Made by a program: the position numbers and the translations under genes. Below are positions 59,301-64,000 of a stretch of DNA of 64,000 bases, piece after piece. Under the pieces are notes generated by a model. It saw nothing but the letters and a program-made list of their open reading frames with translations. It did no database searches and had not been told where the DNA came from. The DNA is from Monocercomonoides exilis PA203 (lineage: Eukaryota; Protista; Preaxostyla): the NCBI GenBank assembly GCA_001643675.2, contig LSRY02000041.1, positions 558,001 to 622,000 on the forward strand. The letters run 5' to 3'. Within the stretch, counting starts at the first letter, position 1. Each line of letters starts with the position of its first letter.

Positions 59301-61489
59301 AACATGCCCTTTTTCCCCCAGCTTATTCTCAGAGACCATTCAGAAGTGCTTTTTGCCACTGTCTTCCACTCCCCCATCATATTTCAGAGAAATGGCTTCG
59401 AAATCTCTTCTTCTTCTTCTTATCTTTCCTATCTTTCTTCTTCTTCCTTTTCTTCTTCTTCTTTTGATTCGAATGGAGTTTATTTGCTATCTTCTCAAAA
59501 CCCCTTCCAAGGAGCAAGTGCAACCCATTCAGTGCCATTCAACAACTCCCAAAGACACAACAGCAGCAGATTCAATGCAAACAGAATGAAAGACACATAT
59601 TTCTCGTCTCGCTTGGGAAACAATGGAATTTCTTCTTCTTCCTCTTCCTCCTCTTCCTCTCCTTATGATTCCTCATCTTTTCCTTCTTCTTCTTCTTCTT
59701 CTTCTTCTCTTTCTTCCTCTCTTTCTTCTTCTCCTTTCTCCACTGACCCTTTCCCCTCATACATCACTCGCCCTCTCTCTCAGCAGCGTTTCTCTTCCGT
59801 CTTAAGCAGAGCTCTTCTTGTTTCGATAGCAGCTGGAATTGATCCAATTTCTGTTGCTTCGCTTTTCCCTCTTCTTTTCCAGACACAACACGAAATTTGG
59901 TCATTGTGTCAGAATGTGATAGGAGAGGCATGGAGGAAAGATGAGGAAAGAGAGAGAAAGAGGGAGAAGAAAGAGGAGAAGGAGAAGGAGAAAGAGGAGA
60001 AGGAAAGAAGAGAGAGGAAGGAGAAGATGGAGATGAGTGAAAGAAATGAAAAGAATGAGAAGAAAGACATCGATGGAGCAGACAAAGAGAGAAAGAAAGA
60101 AGCAGAAGGAATTCCTATTTTAACCAACAGCATTATTCCTGAATCTTTCATTGCATCGTCAAAAACTGAACAAGAAAGGCAAAATTCTCTAAAACCCTTC
60201 AGAAAAGCGATAAATGACCGTTTTACTCAAGTCCATTCGCCTTTCTCTGCTTCTTCTGCTGCTCCTGCCCCAATCACATTTGAACAAACACCTCCTGCTC
60301 CATTAATGCCGTCATCATCATCTTCTTCTTCTTCTCCATCATCATTTGCTTCATTTTCTTCTTCTTCCAATTCATCCACCAATTCATCATCTTCTTCTTC
60401 CTCTTCCTCTTCTTCCTCCTCCTCTTCTCTTCAGTCCTCTTCTTATTCAACTCTTCCTCTCAGTTACACAGAGTTGAAAGATTGGGAAGAAGAAAACAGC
60501 ACACAAAACCTGCTTTCGAGGGCAAAACGCACAAAAACGGTTGCTTCATTGACTCCGTTTTCTTCATCAAACAAGAATTTTTCTTCTTCTTCTCTTTCTT
60601 CATCATCTTCTTCATCATCTTCCTCTTCTTCCTCTTCTCAAACTCCTTCTTTTCCTTCCTCCTCCTCCTCATCTTCTTCTTCTTCTGCCATTTCTTCTCA
60701 TTCCCCCATCTTCTCCTCGTTCAATGCCCCCACCACTTTCAGTGCTGTTCCTTCTTCTTCTTCTTCTCCCAATTTGAATGAGTCAAACACACTCTTCACG
60801 ATGTCTCATTCTCTTTCTCTGCAATCTGTAGATAACTATTTTGAGATGTTAAGTTCTTATGATTCTTCTTCTCCTCTTTCTTCTTCTTCTCTTTCTGTTT
60901 CTTCTTCTTCTTCAACAAACAAAAATAATTCTTCTAAATCTCCTTCTTCTTCTTCTTCTTCTTCTTCTTCTTCTTCTTCTTTCTTTTTATCCAATCTTCC
61001 CTTTTCCAATCTGTTGCATTCCCGAAAATCCGTTTCTCTGCCACATTCTTCTCCATTTGAACAAGAAAGAGTCAAAGAAACGAAAACTTCTGAATATTTT
61101 CCTTCTTTTTTCGCTCTACAAACATATTTCTATTCATTCAAGTTTTTCTCTTCAATCGACATGAGCAATTCAGCTGGCTCACAAACAGATTTATCATTAA
61201 TTGATGGCTTTATTTCTTCTTCTTCTTCTTCTTCTTCATCTTCTTCTTCTTCTTCTCCTTCTCCTTCTCCTTTCATCAACATTCGTATGCTTCTTGTGTA
61301 TTCAACTCTTATTCCTCCTCTTTTGTCTTATTTCATCTTGTACAAGTGTTTATATTGCTTGCGTTATTCTTCTCTGTTGAAAGTTTGCTTTGAAGAGCAA
61401 TTCAAAGGAAAGAATTGTAAACAAAGAAATGGAAAAGAGAAGAAAATAATGAAAGGGAACAAAAAGAAGGATGCTTTTAATAGAAGGTT

Positions 61490-61525
<36 letters not shown>

Positions 61526-64000
61526 AGAAGAAGATGAAAGCGAAGATGAAGATGAAGATGATGAAGAGAGTGAAGATGAAGATGAAGAGGAAGAAGAAAC
61601 AAAAGAACCAACCCCAAACAAAACAAATGAATCTCAAAAAGAAGAAGAAGAGGAAAATCAAAACAAATCAGAAATTGATGAACTTATCGAGAATTTCAAT
61701 GGAGCTGTTGATAAAATGGCACTTTTGTGCTTCCATTTGACCGATTGCTTGAAAAGTGAAAGCGAAACTGGAAATTCAAAGGGGAAAGGAGGTGGATACG
61801 AAGAAGAAGATGAGGAGGAGGAGGAAGAAGAAGAAGAAGAGGAAGAGGAAGAAGAAGAAGAAGGAAGAGACGGAAATGGAGGAGATTCTTCAAAAAGCGA
61901 AAGAAAAACAAGACGTGCATCCAAATCTCATCTTTCTTCTTCCACTTTCTCCTCCTCCTCCTCTTCTTCTTCTTCCTCTTCTTCCAATCAACAAATAGCT
62001 TACCATTCAATTCGTCGTCTCTTCTCCAATGCTCAAGAAAAAGGCGGGGTGTTCTTGAGAACTGTTGCCAGAAGCTTAAATAGACTGAAAATTCGGATGC
62101 GTTCAATGAATCTGATGAATGACACGCAAAACAATAGCAATTCTGCTTCTGCTTCTTCTTCTTTAAATTCTTCTGTTTCTTTGAATTCTTCAGGAAATAA
62201 TGCAAAGTCGCAACCAACAACTTCTTTTTCTTCAAATTCTTCCTCTCCCTCATCGTTATCTTCCTCCTCTTCTTCTTCTTCCCTTCTTCCTTCCTCCCTC
62301 CACTCCTTCAACATCTCCTCTCTCCATCTCCTCCCCCTCAACCTTCTCTTCCCTTCTCCTCTCCTCTCGTTCTTCTCTTCCAACCCTCTTTCCATTCTTC
62401 GCTTTCTCGATTTGTGTATTGTCCATCTGACAACTCTATCTGCAAGAGTTATGGCTGCATACTCGTTCACTCTCACTCATTCCATCCAACAGCCTGCTTC
62501 TTCTTCTTCTTCTTCTTCTTCTTCTTCTTCTTCTTCTTCTTCTTCTTCTTCTTCTTCTTCTTCTTCTTCCATCCAAGAAAACGAAGCTCAACTCAAATTA
62601 GCTTCTGTTCTTTTGAAACATCTGTCGAAAAGTTTGAGTTTCGGAATGAATTTCATTATGGCCATGCTTCAAAGAGAAAAAGACACAACAAAAATTTCTT
62701 CTTCTTCTTCTTCTTCTTCCTCATCTTCAACAACAGCATCGTCAATTTCTTCATTTCCAAACAGCATTCAACAAATAGGAAGCAAAAATTATGCTCAGTT
62801 TTCATTCAGAAATCTTGATACTTCAAAAGCTCAATCTTCAACAACTAAACAATCAACAACCTCAACAACAACTTCTTCTTCTCCTTTTAATTCTCCTTCT
62901 TTCAATTCATTATCGTCATCATCTCCTTCTTCTTCTCCTTCAACCTCCACCAACCAATTCTCCACCAAACCCTCTTTCCCTCTTCATCTCCCTTCCTCAA
63001 TCTCTCCTTCTCCCCTCATCATCTTCACCCCTCCCCCTCAATTCACTCTCAAATGCCTTCTTTCAGCCAAATTCGATCGTCTTGCTTTCTTCTTCTGCCA
63101 TTCCATGGGCTGCTTCAAAGAAGCCTGCTCTTTGCTCCTTTCCCGCTCTGTTCATATGGCTCCTTCTGCTTCCTTTGTTTTCTCTTCAAATTATCCAAAT
63201 ATTCTCTCTTCTGTTTCTGGTTCTGGTACTGCTGCAAATACATCTTTATTCGCTGCAGCTAAGTCTTCTGCATCTGCCTCTGCTTCAACAACAACAACAT
63301 CTTCTTCTTCTTCTTCTTCCTCTCCTTCATCATCTTCATCATCTTCTTCTTCTTCTTCCAATCCTTCCAACCTTCCTCAATCTTCATCTGTAGACACCAC
63401 TCTGTTCCACTTCATCACTCCCTTTCCTCTTCTTCAGCAAACAGAACAATCCTTTTTGCATCGCTTTGCCAATGGCGAATGCCCGTTGAGATGTGGCTGT
63501 GCAAAATGCATAGCAGATTGGAAGAGTTTTGCTGCAGAAGACAAACAGAAACTGATGGAAAACAGCGGAATTGAGCTGGAAGAAGAGGAAGATGAGGAAG
63601 AAGAAGATGACGATGACGATGAAGGAGGAGGAGGAGACGGAGAAGATTTCACAAGGAATGAATATGGAGGCGAGAAAGATGGGAGTTCAAAATTGCACAG
63701 AGGAAAAAATGAAGGCAAAAAAGGTGTGTTTGAGAAGGAGATGGGCGGAAGAAGAGGGCAAAGCACAGAAAGCGTCCAGCATCCGTTTGAAGATGTGGTG
63801 AGGTATTTGGAAATACTCTTGTTCTCCACCAGCTCTCCACTTGTGATACAGTCGCAGAGGACTTTGGCTGATTCGTTGAATTCTGACGAGAAAAAGGAAG
63901 GAAATAAGAAGGATAAGGAGAAATTGAAGGAAATGATGAAACTTGCTGGAAGCGATGCTCAAACAGCTTTTGATTCAAAATCCAATTTTTCTGGTTATTC
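54679..64000 (+). CDS. Probable Vps39/TGFBRAP1(Vps3)-like CNH-domain protein with massive Ser/Glu insertions; multi-exon, runs off the window
   Basis: ATG at 54679. Introns include 54761-54812, 56513-56757 and 57735-58082, then the frame appears to stay open to the window end. Motif order LVVVGTQEGNLLFF, NTIGARKMAV, LFAVSIQR, EPTHLDFIGCSLF, ILKWSS, LLRRNRFSSALSFA, GIDPISVASLFPLL follows the Vps39-type layout. Identity is by recall; some small exons are unresolved. Confidence 0.55.
62497..62569 (+). repeat. (CTT)~24 microsatellite encoding poly-Ser
   Basis: Perfect trinucleotide run read as TCT codons inside the large CDS. Confidence 0.9.

Overview
AT-rich eukaryotic genomic DNA with short GT-AG introns (donors mostly GTTTG/GTATG) and the standard genetic code. 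The gene families and poly-Ser/poly-Glu style most resemble an oxymonad such as Monocercomonoides (recalled resemblance, not verifiable here). Both ends hold core-type genes: an RNF123/KPC1-like SPRY protein, a 5-exon SPRY-like protein, RPS5 and a probable Vps39/TGFBRAP1-like CNH protein, all but RPS5 swollen by Ser/Glu tracts. Between them (~13.3-53.5 kb) is an accessory island of DNA transposons (pogo/DDE_1, Harbinger-type/DDE_Tnp_4, hAT-like, a long-TIR MITE) and two expanded gene families: a helical 'QKEVEMALLALSNI...HQEHHNLT' family, and beta-helix surface receptors, one with a pseudokinase tail. The main observation is two non-autonomous elements that enclose decayed host-gene cargo from these same families. 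One is a 3450-bp element with 16-bp TIRs and a perfect 8-bp TSD (29659-33108). The other is a 3663-bp element with 29-bp pogo-family TIRs (19271-22933). This suggests Pack-type transposons may be mobilising the expanded families. Most ORFs in the supplied track are shadow frames of low-complexity sequence.
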